A stretch of DNA of 61,953 nucleotides, counting the filler, from Choristocarpus tenellus KU-1152 (Eukaryota > Protista > Phaeophyceae), in NCBI GenBank assembly GCA_964200185.2. It is 9 parts of 9 records of this genome, joined end to end, with 100 filler letters (N's around TTAATTAATTAA, not from the genome) between each part and the next. Parts side by side here need not be neighbours in the genome. Positions count along the whole stretch, not along the records: positions 42,836 to 52,995 come from CAXNAD020003113.1; positions 53,096 to 55,653 come from CAXNAD020026791.1; positions 55,754 to 59,208 come from CAXNAD020019924.1; 6 more parts are not named here. One strand, given 5' to 3'. The notes beneath the pieces are model-generated. The model was not told where the DNA came from and searched no databases. It saw only the letters and a list, made by a program, of their open reading frames with translations. Below are positions 45,336 through 58,239 of the stretch, piece by piece. Positions within the stretch are counted from its first letter, which is position 1. Every line of letters begins with the position of its first letter. The translations under genes were made by a program, and so were the position numbers.

Positions 45336-46123
45336 AATTAATCGTGCTCTTGTACGGTGGCAGGTTGGTTGTGATGAGGGGGTGTCATACTGCAATGAAG
45401 CGCCTGTGAGTTCATACTGATGGACCTAGTGACATGCTTTGCACAGTCAGAGGTTATCCGGTACAGCAATTGTAGGGTATTCCTCCGTACATTCAAAGGA
45501 AGAGGTCCGTGATTTGTGAAGAGGCTGGTCACTTTGTGAAGAAGTATTTTGTGGATGTTTTGATTCTGAATATATTGCACCCAGTTGTGTATCAGGTACA
45601 CTTAGAGCATATCGAACTTGATATCTAAGTGGGAACAAAGCCAACCAGAAGAAAAATAATAATTAGCATATGAGACACAACTAATCATTCTGATACGAAG
45701 ATAAAAAAAAACAAAGAAAAAAACTTGAATCAATATCTGAGACAACTCATGTACCATATACTATTCTTGTATTTTGACAGATGTCGGTTGTTCCGTGCTT
45801 CCTATGCATGATAGAGTTGTAACAGTAATTGATTATCCTATGATGAGATACCAATGATGTAGGAGTAACAACCAGCAACGGCGTGCAAATCAACGGTCAG
45901 TATGAACTGGTAATACTGTATTGAAGAAGTTGTGGTTGTACAAATGATTTCTTCCTATGCATAGAGAGAAGATAATTGTGTATCGCGCCCATCTGCCCTT
46001 ACCTCATCTTGATGGATCTTATATTGTGATTTAACCGATAAGAACAATGTACAATCGTTATGCTGTCTTTTTATAGGGAAGAACAACCTATAGTGTTGGC
46101 GGTCACCTCTGGGATCAGACAGG

Positions 46124-46429
46124 TCTTGATTTTTTGAAATAGTTGTCCAACGGGTTAAGCCACAATCAGCATATCGAATGAAAGCTCTTGATCTAAGCTA
46201 TCGGTTTCCTGAAAGGAATTCTTTCAAAAATTATTTTGGTAAGGTTAGGTTTTAACCGAATGTTTTCGGTATAACCTTGGAAATGTTCCGGAATGAACTA
46301 TCACGACCAAAAATGTTTTTTCTAAATAATTCCTTAGCATGAATCTATAGCCTAGATCCAGAGCTTTCGTTCATTTGATAGGCTGATCTTTGATTAACTC
46401 GTTGTGCAACCGTTTCAAATAAATCAAGA
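46124..46429. mobile_element. Foldback-type MITE with ~120-bp imperfect inverted arms
   Basis: 46124-46240 aligns with the reverse complement of 46306-46429 (tcttgattt...gaaagctctNgatctaNgctat...ttttggt). Confidence 0.8.
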
Positions 46430-46481
46430 TTGGTAACCACCAAAAACGTGCCTGGGCGGACCTCGGCTTAATACTGTTTTA

Positions 46482-46739
46482 GAATGAAAGTATCTTAGAG
46501 AGCACGAGTTTTTCCCTCTTTGTCCCTTTGGGGCTTGGCTTCCCGTGGGTTCTTTTATGACATTTTCCTACTCGAAAATGTTTAGAAGTGGGGAAAGTTT
46601 ATACGCTATAAAATGGTCTGTCCAGAACAGGATATTCATACTTCCTAACAAACAGTATGACCAAAATTACATCAAAATCGCAACATTGCATTTTTTCCCC
46701 CAAATGGACGCAGCTCTACCCTCTAAGATACTTTGTCTC
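46482..46739. mobile_element. MITE family A
   Basis: Both TIRs present; 3-bp TSD TTA; 258 bp. Confidence 0.92.
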
Positions 46740-47697
46740 TTAGCCACTCACAGGACACTGTGACGCCCAATGAGCTCCGAGTTGTCGCCTGCCCCTCACA
46801 CGACACTGTGAATTGAACCTGATATAGATGGGTCTGGGGGTGAGCGAAGCACTATGTACGAGGCCACTGTGACTACATGTTGCCTGGAATGAAAGCCAAC
46901 ATTCCTGTCAGTATTAAGGAGGAAAGGGGGGCTGTCCAGAGTAATTGTGGAGGGTTCTTCAGGATGAGTATTGCTTAGCACCTGATATATTCCAACTAGA
47001 AAGGCATGGAGTGCACCAAATTGGACAGGGTGTGTAAGACATGTAAGCCTCACAGAAGGTCTGCACCTTCAGAATACCTCATTTGACTTGGCATGGATTG
47101 TCTGGTTCAGAGACCTGGGCCCCATGAGTAAGCCTTAGCCAGCAGGTGACAACATCGCATAAACGGGAAATAATGTAAAGAGAATGGAGAGAGAACAACG
47201 CCCATGTTCTCCGGGTGAAGATGGACTCTTCTGGTGTCAAAATCATCCTTGAGTGCTCGGTTCGCGCGTGGACTACTCTATGTAAGTATGGTTCTGTATT
47301 TTCACCATTACTGTAGGTTGACCAACCGAGACCCATCAAATAAGGTTGAGCATGCTGATGCGATTACAACAAACGAATTTTCATGAAAAAATGTGTTGAG
47401 AAAAGTTATGGCACGACAAAGTTGATGCAGGAGGCGACTGCCAACACTGTACTGCGTAGGCAAATCTTGATGTAATTTAGTAGTAGAAAAATGTGTACAA
47501 ATCTTAGGTTAGGTACATCGGAGGTAGTGGAAGGGAGTGGTACAACATAGATAGTAGTGAAATAACAAATAGATTAGTGTTTTTCACAGTTGTGACATTT
47601 TATTTCCTTAGGGCTTATATTGACATATGAATAGTTTCATTGGTTTCCTCCCTGACACATCTGCGAAATGTCAGAGGGCATAAAAAAAAATAGGTTG

Positions 47698-48120
47698 TGT
47701 GGAAAGGAGGTTTGTCTGATATCATATTGTTATTGCAGTATGCCATATACCGTTATACCGATTGAGGTTCGTTGTCCAGAATCCATTATTCCAGTGGAGG
47801 ATCTTCCGTCAGAAGAATCCATGGAATCTATTCAGGAGATCACCAGTTCCACAGATATGGGACTGCTGTTCATTCAGAGTTGTCAAATATGAAAGATTCG
47901 CTTCGATCTCACGTCTAGACGTTTCTGAGAATCCTCTCTCACTAGATCCTCAGTCTACCAGTCCCCGCAGTTTTTGTACAAGCAATGTTGCACTGGTCCA
48001 ACCTCAACCTCGTCGTCTCGCTTACGATTTGTCTTGGTCCCCCTGGTCCGTCTTGACCAGTGATTCTCTTCACCACCCTTGCTGAGTGAACCACACCGCC
48101 ACAGAATCACACGATTCATA
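47698..48120. mobile_element. Solo LTR; second partial copy at 40115-40176
   Basis: Starts TGTGGA and ends TTCATA (TTCACA in the 40176 copy); 4-bp TSD GTTG; last ~60 bp nearly identical to 40115-40176. Confidence 0.7.
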
Positions 48121-48875
48121 GTTGCTAGTATTGCAATTACATGCAATCAGTAATTGTTTTCCATGTTGTTCCATGATAGATATCATAAATATCATCCCCC
48201 TTTCTAAAGCATCACATCGTGGAAGCTGTAGTAGGGTCCTGTCTAACATGACCTGTGTAGTGTGTGATGTTGGGGTCCCTTAACTGTTGTAAGTTGAAGG
48301 TATAAACGTGTTTTATTCTGTATATTGTATTTTTATGCCCTCATATATTTTAAGATGTGTTAACGAAAAAGCCAAGCCAATATCACAAGGACCCCTGCAC
48401 CGCATATGGTGGCCAGTCCTCGCATTTTGCGTGTTTGCACCACCACTACTGTGTTAAAAATATGTACACATATTTCTCGGTACGAACCATCCTCTAAGAA
48501 ATATGTATAAATATTTACACGAACCCCTATCCTATCTGCGAAAGAACACAGTTCCCTTCTACAAATACATCGATTTGAATCCCTCCACATTGATTTCCCC
48601 TTCCTTGTGAGTACAACTTACACAAATCACAGTTTGTTGATTTATCAGCATTTCATCATGCTGTGGGAAGATTTGTCCCATACCAATATCAGGAATATGA
48701 ATACCCGCAAATGGTTGAGATCCACAGATGAACGAGTTACCTTCTAAATCTTCGGTTTGTCGGGATGTGCCCCAACGTGCATATCTCAGATTTCTGACCT
48801 CTACGGCCATCAATTTATCAGAGATTATTTTACGCCACAAATCGTATTCGATTTGTTCAAAGTGTGCATTGTTTT

Positions 48876-49131
48876 GAGCCAAATCAATTGAGACGTAGGC
48901 AGTTTTGGATCCCTTTACATTTAATCCATCTTTCTTACCCTGTATAATGTACTATTTCCATTGCTTTATGTGCGAAATAGTGTGTACAAAATTGATACTC
49001 CTCCTTACCCAACACAAAGTGACACCACAATCCGGCAAAGGCTCTCACTGCAATTGTACAAAATGACGTATTTTTCCCTTTCTTGGGGTCCATAAAATGC
49101 AACCCTGTCCACCTCTCAATTGGATTGGATC
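48876..49131. mobile_element. MITE family C
   Basis: Ends GAGCCAAATCAATTGAGAC / CTCTCAATTGGATTGGATC; TSD TTT; 256 bp. Confidence 0.85.
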
Positions 49132-49177
49132 TTTGTGAGTAGATAGTGTGCGGAACTGGCCTGATCGGTTTACGAGA

Positions 49178-49375
49178 GAGTCAAAGTAAACGAGAGGTAC
49201 CTAGGTTTTGAACATTTTGCATTTTCTGCCTGTTTTTCAAACTTCAGCAATTCACCCATATTGTTATGGTTCTCTATTGTTTGAAATAATTCTGACACAA
49301 TTCAGAAAATATCCTTTACATATTTGTAAAAATAGTTGGATTTTGCACTTATTTGTCCGCATCCTTAGAATGCAA
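49178..49375. mobile_element. MITE family B, one end lost
   Basis: GAGTCAAAGTAAACGAGAGGTAC and body homologous to the reverse complement of 17086-17347. Confidence 0.75.
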
Positions 49376-50239
49376 CTGTAATGGACCAGATTTGAACAGT
49401 TCACAAAAAGTAATGCAAGCGCAAGAAATTGCATTCTTACAAGAGTAGTAGGGTCACTTCCTCAAGACCCCGTCAATCCTCGGGTAGTATACGTCTGAGA
49501 CCATGAAAAATGGACAGGGAACATAATAATATGTACTAAGTATGATGGAAGCAGTGCGTATGGGAGTTAAGGAGTTAAGTGAGGTAATTTGGAGTTCCGT
49601 AATCGACAGTATGAAATGATGATAATACGTTCTGAACAAACTTTTGTGTAGGAGACGTACTATTACTATTATATTAACACTACAATTAATTATCTTGTTG
49701 AGTCTTGTACGTATGTCTGCTCGCCGTCTTGGACCTCTTGTATTCATCATCATAATAATAATATTTCGGTACCGAATGTTGTACAGGACTGAATATTGTT
49801 TATGATAAACAAGAAATAATGCATTAAGTCCGTTTCAATATTATTAGACATGCGAGATGCTTAAGGAAGGCACAAAGGTGACCATGTAGTAACGTAGAGG
49901 ATTTCAAGAACAGAGAAAGAGTAGCAGCATGCCTCCGTAAAATTGGTTGTGAAGTTCTAGTTGTCATACTACCTCCGTGCCATAAGTATGATCTGCGTTG
50001 TCCGTAACTTTTGAAGATGTTGATAAAATTCATTTCTGAAAGAAGATTTGGAATCCTTGACGATTTCTGGTTAGGGCCAGCTCTTTTTATTATTATTACT
50101 CCCCATCCATCACAATTTTTTCAGCCACAGAAAAAGCCTCTATGTCTACCTTCGGCGTGTTTTCAAGCTCACCAGACAACTGCCTCTTCCTTACCCCTGT
50201 GTGCTCCACACTAGAGTCATTCCTCCCTTTGTATCTAAG

Positions 50240-52150
50240 TACTTGATTGTACACACAAAACACTTGATATTTTTCTTACAAAAAAATGTCCTTGCTATTG
50301 AAAGGTTTAGAAATACTTGATGGATTCATACTTTTAAGTTTCCTCTTTCTATTTTCTTCAGTAGACATACCAAGGTTTGATGAATATTGGGGTATCAAAT
50401 TCTTATGTAGAACATTGACGTAGTTAGCCTGAATAACCCCTTGAATTCATTCTAGATTGAAATTTTGAATACTACGTATTTGTGAATTAACGTTTCCATA
50501 CTCTGGAGATAAACCATCTAAAATGATACTCTTGATTCGATAATCAGAAACATGTCCATGTATGGACTCGAGTCGACTCTTGATACGATCCACGCTATCA
50601 AAAAAGATGTCAGGATCCTCTGCTTCTAACATCTTGCAAGACTCCAAACTGTTGTTAGGTGCAGTTACTCTTTGTTCGTTCTTGGCGTCGTACGTTTTCT
50701 TGATCTCGTTTGAAGGCGACGTTGCTAACTGTTAACTTCGAAGATGATTTAGAGTGGCGAAGACGACGCAGTATGCCCTTGGCTGCACCTTCACAAGAGA
50801 TGAAGAGTAGTTCAAACAATTCTTGATTCTTGGCGTCATATTTCTGAGGTTGTCGAACTTGACGCCATCTGGAGTTCTTGGCACTCCCTCAAGAATAGAG
50901 TACAAGTCATGGCGGAGCAGAAACAGAATAGAGCAAATTTTATCCTTACTTCAAGTCCCACCAATTTTCAAAACTTCCATCGAAGTGAGGCAGTTCTTTG
51001 ATGATGGATTTTTTGCTTGCACACATTTTTCTGCTCGTACAAAGCTTCTCGAAGGTCAGATCTTCAGACCTATGTAGCTACGTAGTGAAGCGAACTACAG
51101 GGCGTTGCGAGGAGTTGCGATGAACCAATTCCAACCAAACGAGGATGCTCCTGCAAAGTTCAACTTGCAGTTTGTTGAACTATACAGAGTCAAAGTATCT
51201 GAGTGAAAGTATCTTAGAGGGAACGAGTTTTACTCTGTTTGTCCATTTGGGGCTTGGTTCCCCAAAGTGTTTCGGAGTAGGTAAAATGTATGCGTTATGA
51301 AAAAAGGTGTGTCCAGAACAAGGATATTGACACTTTCTAACAAACACGATGGCCAATTTTTCATCAAAATTGCAACATTAGATTTTAATGTAATTTTGGC
51401 TACGTGTTTGTTAGGAAGTTTCAATATCCTTGTTCCAGACACACCTTTTCATAACACAAACATTTTACCTAGTCCAAAACGTTTCGGAGTAGGTAAAATG
51501 TCATTAAAAGCCTGTGGGAAGCCAAGCCCAAAACGGAAAAAAAGGGCAAAACTTGTACCCTCTAAGATACTTTCATTCACAGTGTTGCCGTAACCAAACC
51601 AACCAACGAAGATGCTGCGTTGAACTAGCGATTCGAACTACAGGATAATGTGAACTTATCTAGCCACTCGAGCAATCCACTCTGGGCGGCAAACCAGTTT
51701 CACACTTATAACTTGCCTTTTGCGATCTTGTCTTGAGTCTTGTTGTACAAATGTAATCGCTCNNNNNNNNNNTGTCTTGAAACTGTTGTACAGTTCAGTT
51801 GCAAAGTCGTCCGTGTAGTACCGCAGCCTATCAGTTCTCTCAATCGATCAGATTCGGCAAAAGAGCTGAGGCTCATAACCTGTTGGAAAATAACTCGTAG
51901 ATAGTCTGGACTCTTGGTGCTTGAGAGTCCCGAAGAGAAAATAAGAGTTGTTGGTTGGTGTTCTCAGTATCTCTGTTGTTACCCTTGGAAATGTTCTTAT
52001 ATCGGTGAGGATAGGATGAGTGCTTTTAAGACTGAGAAGAAAAGAAAGACACCAAAAAGGAAAGGGGGTATCTTTGGTGATCCAAAGATCTGGTGTGCAA
52101 ATAATTCAAGAGCTCACAAAATTTCAAGTCCATTTCTAATAGTTACAACA
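50240..52150 (-). mobile_element. Truncated Ty1/Copia LTR retrotransposon (5' LTR, PBS, gag remnant)
   Basis: LTR 52150-51881 (TGTTGT...CCAACA), then PBS GGTTATGAGCCTCAG 51880-51866. Gag pieces ELPHFDGSFENWW, UBN2-like MLEAEDPDIFFDSVDRIKSRLESIHGHVSDYRIKSIILDGLSPEY and zinc-knuckle start KNIKCFVC. No 3' LTR seen. Confidence 0.88.
51187..51578. mobile_element. Composite, quasi-palindromic MITE A-in-A inside the Copia leader
   Basis: Outer TIR stub GAGTCAAAGTATCT 51187-51200. Inner copy starts at 51201 in opposite orientation; junction at GATTTT 51381-51386. Outer TSD ACA. Confidence 0.88.
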
Positions 52151-53816
52151 GTAATGTTATACAACAATGCAGATATACACTAAATAAGTATTATTATGCT
52201 TCAACGTCCAGTCAAACAGACATATAAAGCAATACACAGTGACATACAACAATATATTCAATACATGATATGTATGATTATTGTTGTACTTCAACCTAAC
52301 CTGCTCTAAGCGCAATGTAGTATTGTACTTACTTGTTCTAATAGCCTTTGTAATGCTACAGAACTAGCTCTGTGGCTTCTGTCTTTGCCTTGAGCTCTGG
52401 ACCTTGTACATGAAGTTTCTTAATCTCTTGCACCTTCATTTCTGACAGGGTTACCTCACTATATAAATTGATGGCTTCTGCCGAGCGGCAGCACATACCA
52501 AATTTCTACGTTGCAAAATTGCCACATGCATTTCAAACTAGTGCATTCATGCTTTCACTTTCGCTTTTCAAGTTAATGTTATCCTGCTTTCCATGCTTGT
52601 TCCAAATCGGTGCTCACCACCCCCAACCGTGTTAGCCGTGCTTTCGAAATTGGTGACCTTTGTGCCGTCCGACAAAACACATCAAATTTCTTCATTACTG
52701 TCTGGCCTATGTCAAACACAAACCAGTGCATGGTTTCCTTCCTGACATCTAACCCAGGCTAGTGCATAAATGCTTTTCATCTGTGTATGAAATTGGTGGG
52801 TTATCGCATTACATATTTGTTAAGTATGCTTTTTATTCATGTGTAAAAGAAGATTCAGTTGAAGAAACAATCTAAGGATGAAGAGACTGTATTCTGAAGA
52901 ATAGAAGATAAGGTTGGGTTTCAAGAACTAGAATATGTAAGAGTTCAGGAATAGGAAGCATTGTGGGAAGTAATTTTTGATTAGTTTGATTAGTCNNNNN
53001 NNNNNNNNNNNNNNNNNNNNNNNNNNNNNNNNNNNNNNNTTAATTAATTAANNNNNNNNNNNNNNNNNNNNNNNNNNNNNNNNNNNNNNNNNNNNAGTTG
53101 CAACCTTCATAACCTCTAGCTTACAGAATGCTACGATTGAGGCAAATATATGGTTAGCTTGCGATCTAACCCTTTTTGTTGGAGATTTAGCCAAGCTTGC
53201 ATTCTCCTTTATAGATTTATGACAATTTAGTAGAATAGCCTCTTCTTCATAGCCAGAACCCTATAACCCTAACCCTAGCCCCCAATTTCTGTTGGTATGA
53301 CTCATCTGGCGCTATACCAAGTGACTACTGCTCTAAATAAATATTAGAAAAAAAATAGAATTAGATACTCTGGACACACCACTCTTAGTGCAAAATAAAA
53401 ACATAATTTGAATTTGATTTACAACGCACACTACAAATATACATAAAATATTTAAAAAATATTATTGAGTACCTAAAAAATAAACAAAAATAAAGAATAT
53501 CTCACAATATAGGATAGTAAGTACTCTAAAAAATATTCTCTTGAGTACAATTTCAATTTTTTCAATCTTCTGAGCAAAGAAAAGTACATAAATGCTCATT
53601 TTTTGTCTTCATTGTAAAAGTGCTTTTAAAAAATGAGCAATGGTCCACAGGGGAGGTATACCCCCACAAAGTCAAACCAATTAGTATGGTGTATCATTCA
53701 TACTATAGTTAGTATAGTTTATCATTAATACTACAATTAGTATAGTATATCAATGTTACTATATTGAGTATAGTATATCACCAATACTATAATTAGCGCA
53801 AGTAACATCTCTTCAC

Positions 53817-55188
53817 CTCCAAGACATCTCCCCTCCAATACAGATATGCAACCGCCTCCTCCAGCTGGTACGTGTACAACAGCGCGTTCACATAAGCAAA
53901 AGGCGTTCTTCCATCAGGGTCAAACCGTCTTGGTCCCTCCACACCCCTCAGATGACCCTTTCAAAAAATGCACACACAAGTTCAATATGAAGAAGATTAA
54001 TTCCAGGTTTGAGAGAGTGTGATACAAGTCATCCGTATGAACTTTAAGGCTATTTGACCGTCGATTTTTTATCGCTGACTGCACAAGTTTATTGCCTTTA
54101 CATTGACATTTCGTCCAGTTGATCAACCTGGCCACTGTTTAATGTTTCCAATACCGGAAGGAACGTCCCATGCACTCCTTTGCATTTGGTGCATAAATTG
54201 CTCTTCACACTAGTCAACACTATCACTAAAAATAATAAAAACAGAAATTTTAATATCAACGAAAACCAAGCAGGATATGGAAGCATTTCATTTCAATCCT
54301 ATGAGGGTCTCCCAAATAAAAAATAAATAAGAAACTCCCTATCTCTATCGGACTCATCATAAAAAAAAAACATGAGAACAAATAGATATGTTTTTGCCTG
54401 TGCAGTATCTCACAAAAAAGGAGAAAAACGCCTGATCGACATCATACAAATTACTCGACAACATTCAACACTGTTCTAACTGGAAAAAAATATTAACCAA
54501 ATAATGTTATCCTTTCCACTGCCTGCCTTTTTTGCACTTTACTGCAAAAAAAATAAATACCACGTACGATTCAGTTCCTAAAAAAAGGAAGGCGATATTT
54601 CACGTTTATACAACCGGGGGAAAAAAAATAACGATTGCCTATTGAGAACAGGCCTTGCTGGGTATGCTAGTTATAGGAGCGACAGATGAGAAGATTTGTG
54701 AAGCTACACCAAATTACTAAAAAAAATTATCTATAAATTTTAAAAGTTCACTTTACGTACTTATATTGCAATTCAAGGAAAATAGTTGTTAGCTGTCAGA
54801 AGCTACTACTACTACTACTCCTACAAATATATATATCCATCAGTACAAGTTACTCTAAATATCAGAAAACCCATCAATACTCTTTCAATAGCACAACTGA
54901 ATTACAACCAAAATATTCATACAACAAACTTAGCACTGCGAGTCTAAAACAAACTGCCATTGATATTACATTATTATCATTTGATATTACATTATTATCA
55001 TTACAATTACTACTACTGCTGCTACTACTACTACTACTATTGGAGCACTCCATGAGCACAAACACGTCAATGATGCCTACCTGCACTGCCCTGAGAACGT
55101 TGGAGTGCTCTGGTAGCATGTCGGGACTGTCCTGTAGACTCTGTGAGACAAAGGACAGCTTGAACCACATATAGTCCTCAATGCTAAC
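53817..55188 (-). CDS. NUP93: Nucleoporin Nup93/Nic96, two internal exons
   Basis: Exons 55188-55081 (VSIEDYMWFKLSFV...VLRAVQ) and 53957-53817 (GPRRFDPDGRTPFAYVNALLYTYQLEEAVAYL), both phase 0. They match the Nic96 IEDYLWxKL and P-x-Y...LL...QFExAxxYL motifs. Confidence 0.85.
54342..54670 (+). mobile_element. Possible non-autonomous Helitron
   Basis: 3' end ACAGGCCTTGCTGGGTATGCTAG|T resembles a decayed hairpin plus CTAG followed by T; candidate A|TC start at 54342. Confidence 0.3.
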
Positions 55189-55977
55189 CTGCAGACAAAT
55201 CACACTTAAACATGTCAACCATTAGGATCAATGTCAACAATGAAAGGCAGGCGATAGTTGCAATAATCATTGTTACAAAAGTACAAGGATTCAGGCTAAC
55301 CTTAACCCTAACCCTGTAAAAAAAAGGTAGTGATTTTCACCACTTGGAAACAAAACACACTGTAAAATTGTATTAAACCATAACCCTTTCGAAATAAGAA
55401 AGCGGCATTATTTATGTATCATTTATTTCTCACTCTTACAATAAAAAAAGAGATACTTCTACATCAATCTCTTGTAAAAAAAGAAATATTTTTTTGCCTT
55501 GAGAACAAGAACCCTAACCCTAGTTGATAATGATTACAGTGTATAATTAGCAGCGATCCAATGAATATGATTGGATGCGATATTGCCCAATCTCCATTGG
55601 TTCACAAGCCCCCCCCCCCCAACAAAAAGTGGATCCAGACACATCACCTCACANNNNNNNNNNNNNNNNNNNNNNNNNNNNNNNNNNNNNNNNNNNNTTA
55701 ATTAATTAANNNNNNNNNNNNNNNNNNNNNNNNNNNNNNNNNNNNNNNNNNNNCCTTCTGGCAGTACTCTTCCTTGTAGAGTCCATTGATGGACCCCCTG
55801 CTCCTCCCGTTCCCCTTCTCCTGTCATTTCATGCCCATGCACAAGTATTCTCTGGTGGTTTACATAATGTGCTCATAATTTTTTTATACCGTTGATAAGT
55901 CCTCCCTCAAAGTCTTTGGCATTTACTTTAGTGTCCTTCACATCCCCACTCCCTCAACCCATCTGACACACTCTCAG

Positions 55978-57979
55978 ATAGTCGACTCGAGGCTGTCCGT
56001 GAGAGGTGGCTTGAGCGCTCAGCAGATGAGCGGCGTGCCCCAGCCAAAGGGGTAGAAGAACGCATGCTAGCCTACCAACGTGAATGCGAGGGACGTGCTC
56101 GAAAAGAGGCGAGATAGAGATGGGGGCTTTGAGGGCCTTCTTGGAACAACAGGGTACCTTGTTTTATTGTTGTAGAGAAAGAGAAAATATCCATAGAAGC
56201 AAGTTTTATCGACTTGGAATGAAATCAATATGTTAACAGCTGCAAGTCATCACTGTAATACACACTTGGGAGAAGGGAATCGCTCGAAGATGGAGGAGAG
56301 GAGGGGGGATACTGTGCCAATGTCAAGTAAGAAGTCCATGTAAATATGTTTTTTGTAGCTGGGGGCAAGGGGTTGTTTCTAATTATCCTTTCCCTTCGAC
56401 ACTGTCTTATCAAACCCCTCTGCATGCAGATGAACAAGGGAAGGAATATATATTTATCTCCATACAAGTAAACGGCCAACAGCAACAAAGTATAGACCAT
56501 CCTACCATCACAGAAGAAACCCCTAAGAGTGCACTAAACTCTTGTAGTGGTGTGGTGTGAACTAGAGACACACAATGGCGATGAAGATATTTTTTTGTAT
56601 CCCCTCTGCTCAACATCTTGTGGTAAACCCCTTTTCCCCCTCCCCCCTTCCCTGATCTTTCAAGGTTTCTGCATAGCTAGTCATAGTGTACAAGAATTTG
56701 TTGCTCAAAGTGTTTCCATCCAGCAGTTGTTGTATATTTCTTCTTGCTTTTCTGATTCCAGTATCTTTGGTGTGTAGTGGTGCACAGTGGTAGTATCACT
56801 GTAATACACATGCATGCACCTTAGACACCACCCACACGCTACTTCACCTTTTGATTATATTTGTGGATAGACCTCAGTAATTTAGGGCTACATAATAGAA
56901 AAAGATTATTTGCTTTGATCGAGAACTACTCTATTCTTATGTTATTCCAGGTGAAAGCTGAAGTAGCTTGGTTCCGGGAAAAAGAGCTCATGGCATTGAG
57001 GTTGGAGATGGTGGCCACGCAGCGGAGAGAGGCCGATGCCTACAGAAAAGAACTCCAGGTAAAACTTCCTTCTGAGTTTTTTATGTTGCCATACCCTACT
57101 CACACAGATGACTTCTGCAGTCTGAAGTTTCTTTGCCGCTAAATTGTGCAAGAAGTAATGCCACCATGTCCTTGCCTAGATAGTTGGATCCAGTTGACCC
57201 TATTCCGCAGGCTGTTGTGTTTTGTGTTGAAGAAACTCAATCTAGGGAGACAAGTGCCTTGAACATCATTGCTACACTGAAGAGTACAGTTTTATTATTT
57301 TTTGTGGGATTTCATTTCATTGTCACGGCATAATATCTTTGTTTATATTAAGTGGAACTATTCCATTTTCTTTGCAGTTATTGCTGCAATCTGATACAGT
57401 ACTGGTTGTTTAGTGAGTCAAATATATAGTGGTGTGCTGTACAGGACACAGAGGATGATGAGGAGGAGGGGTACTGGAAATTTCTAAAAGCTTTGGACTT
57501 ACAAAAACCTGATAAGAGTCGTTAATGTGTTGTCTGACTACATGAAAATAAATTTTGAGGGTGAAAATCATAAATGTATATTAAAAAATAGATATAACAA
57601 GAGGGTCCCGCCCCCCCACTCCACCTATGTAGCCAAAGAAGATACTTTCCTTGGATTTTATGCACTCACAGCAAGCTAGAATATTGCCAAGTAGACAATT
57701 AACAAAGTACAAAACTGTGTTTTGTATGCACAATCCTTTGACAAAGATGATAATAATTGTTGCACATACAACAGTGCCAGAGTAATTGTGTGAGAGGAGC
57801 TGTGAATATGTTTATGTTTGAAACAGGCCCAATACGATGCTCGCTTAGAACGTGTGTTGGAGAGGGAGCGGGAGCAGGAGAAGCGGCATGTGGAACAACT
57901 CCGGAACTCTGAGACTGCGCAGTTTGAAGCACGCCAAAATCTCCTGCGGGACATGGATACCCTGAGAGCAAGAGAGCAG
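55978..57979 (+). CDS. OFD1: Centriolar coiled-coil protein OFD1 homolog, three internal exons
   Basis: Exons 55978-56108 (GC donor), 56951-57058, 57827-57979: EERMLAYQRECEGRARKE-VKAEVAWFREKELMALRLE...QFEARQNLLRDMDTLRARE, similar to the OFD1 segment RQLLLKDMDLLRGRE. Confidence 0.8.
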
Positions 57980-58239
57980 GTGTGATTGTAATGTAGGATC
58001 TCATTTGTGGGTTAATTCTTTTATCTGGGGTTATTTATATTTGTTTTATTTTTGATCCTCTGTCAAAAATAAATGCATGTCTGCAACAAAGTTGGTAAGA
58101 GTACTGCAAGAAGGGAGAGGATAAGGGAGAATCTTGGTAATTGGTTATATTTTGGTTTCTGTTCAAAAATGTCTTGCTCTGTGTGTTGGTGTATAAGTAT
58201 AGTCACTGATTGCTTGTCATGCTGAGTTGTTTTTGCCAT

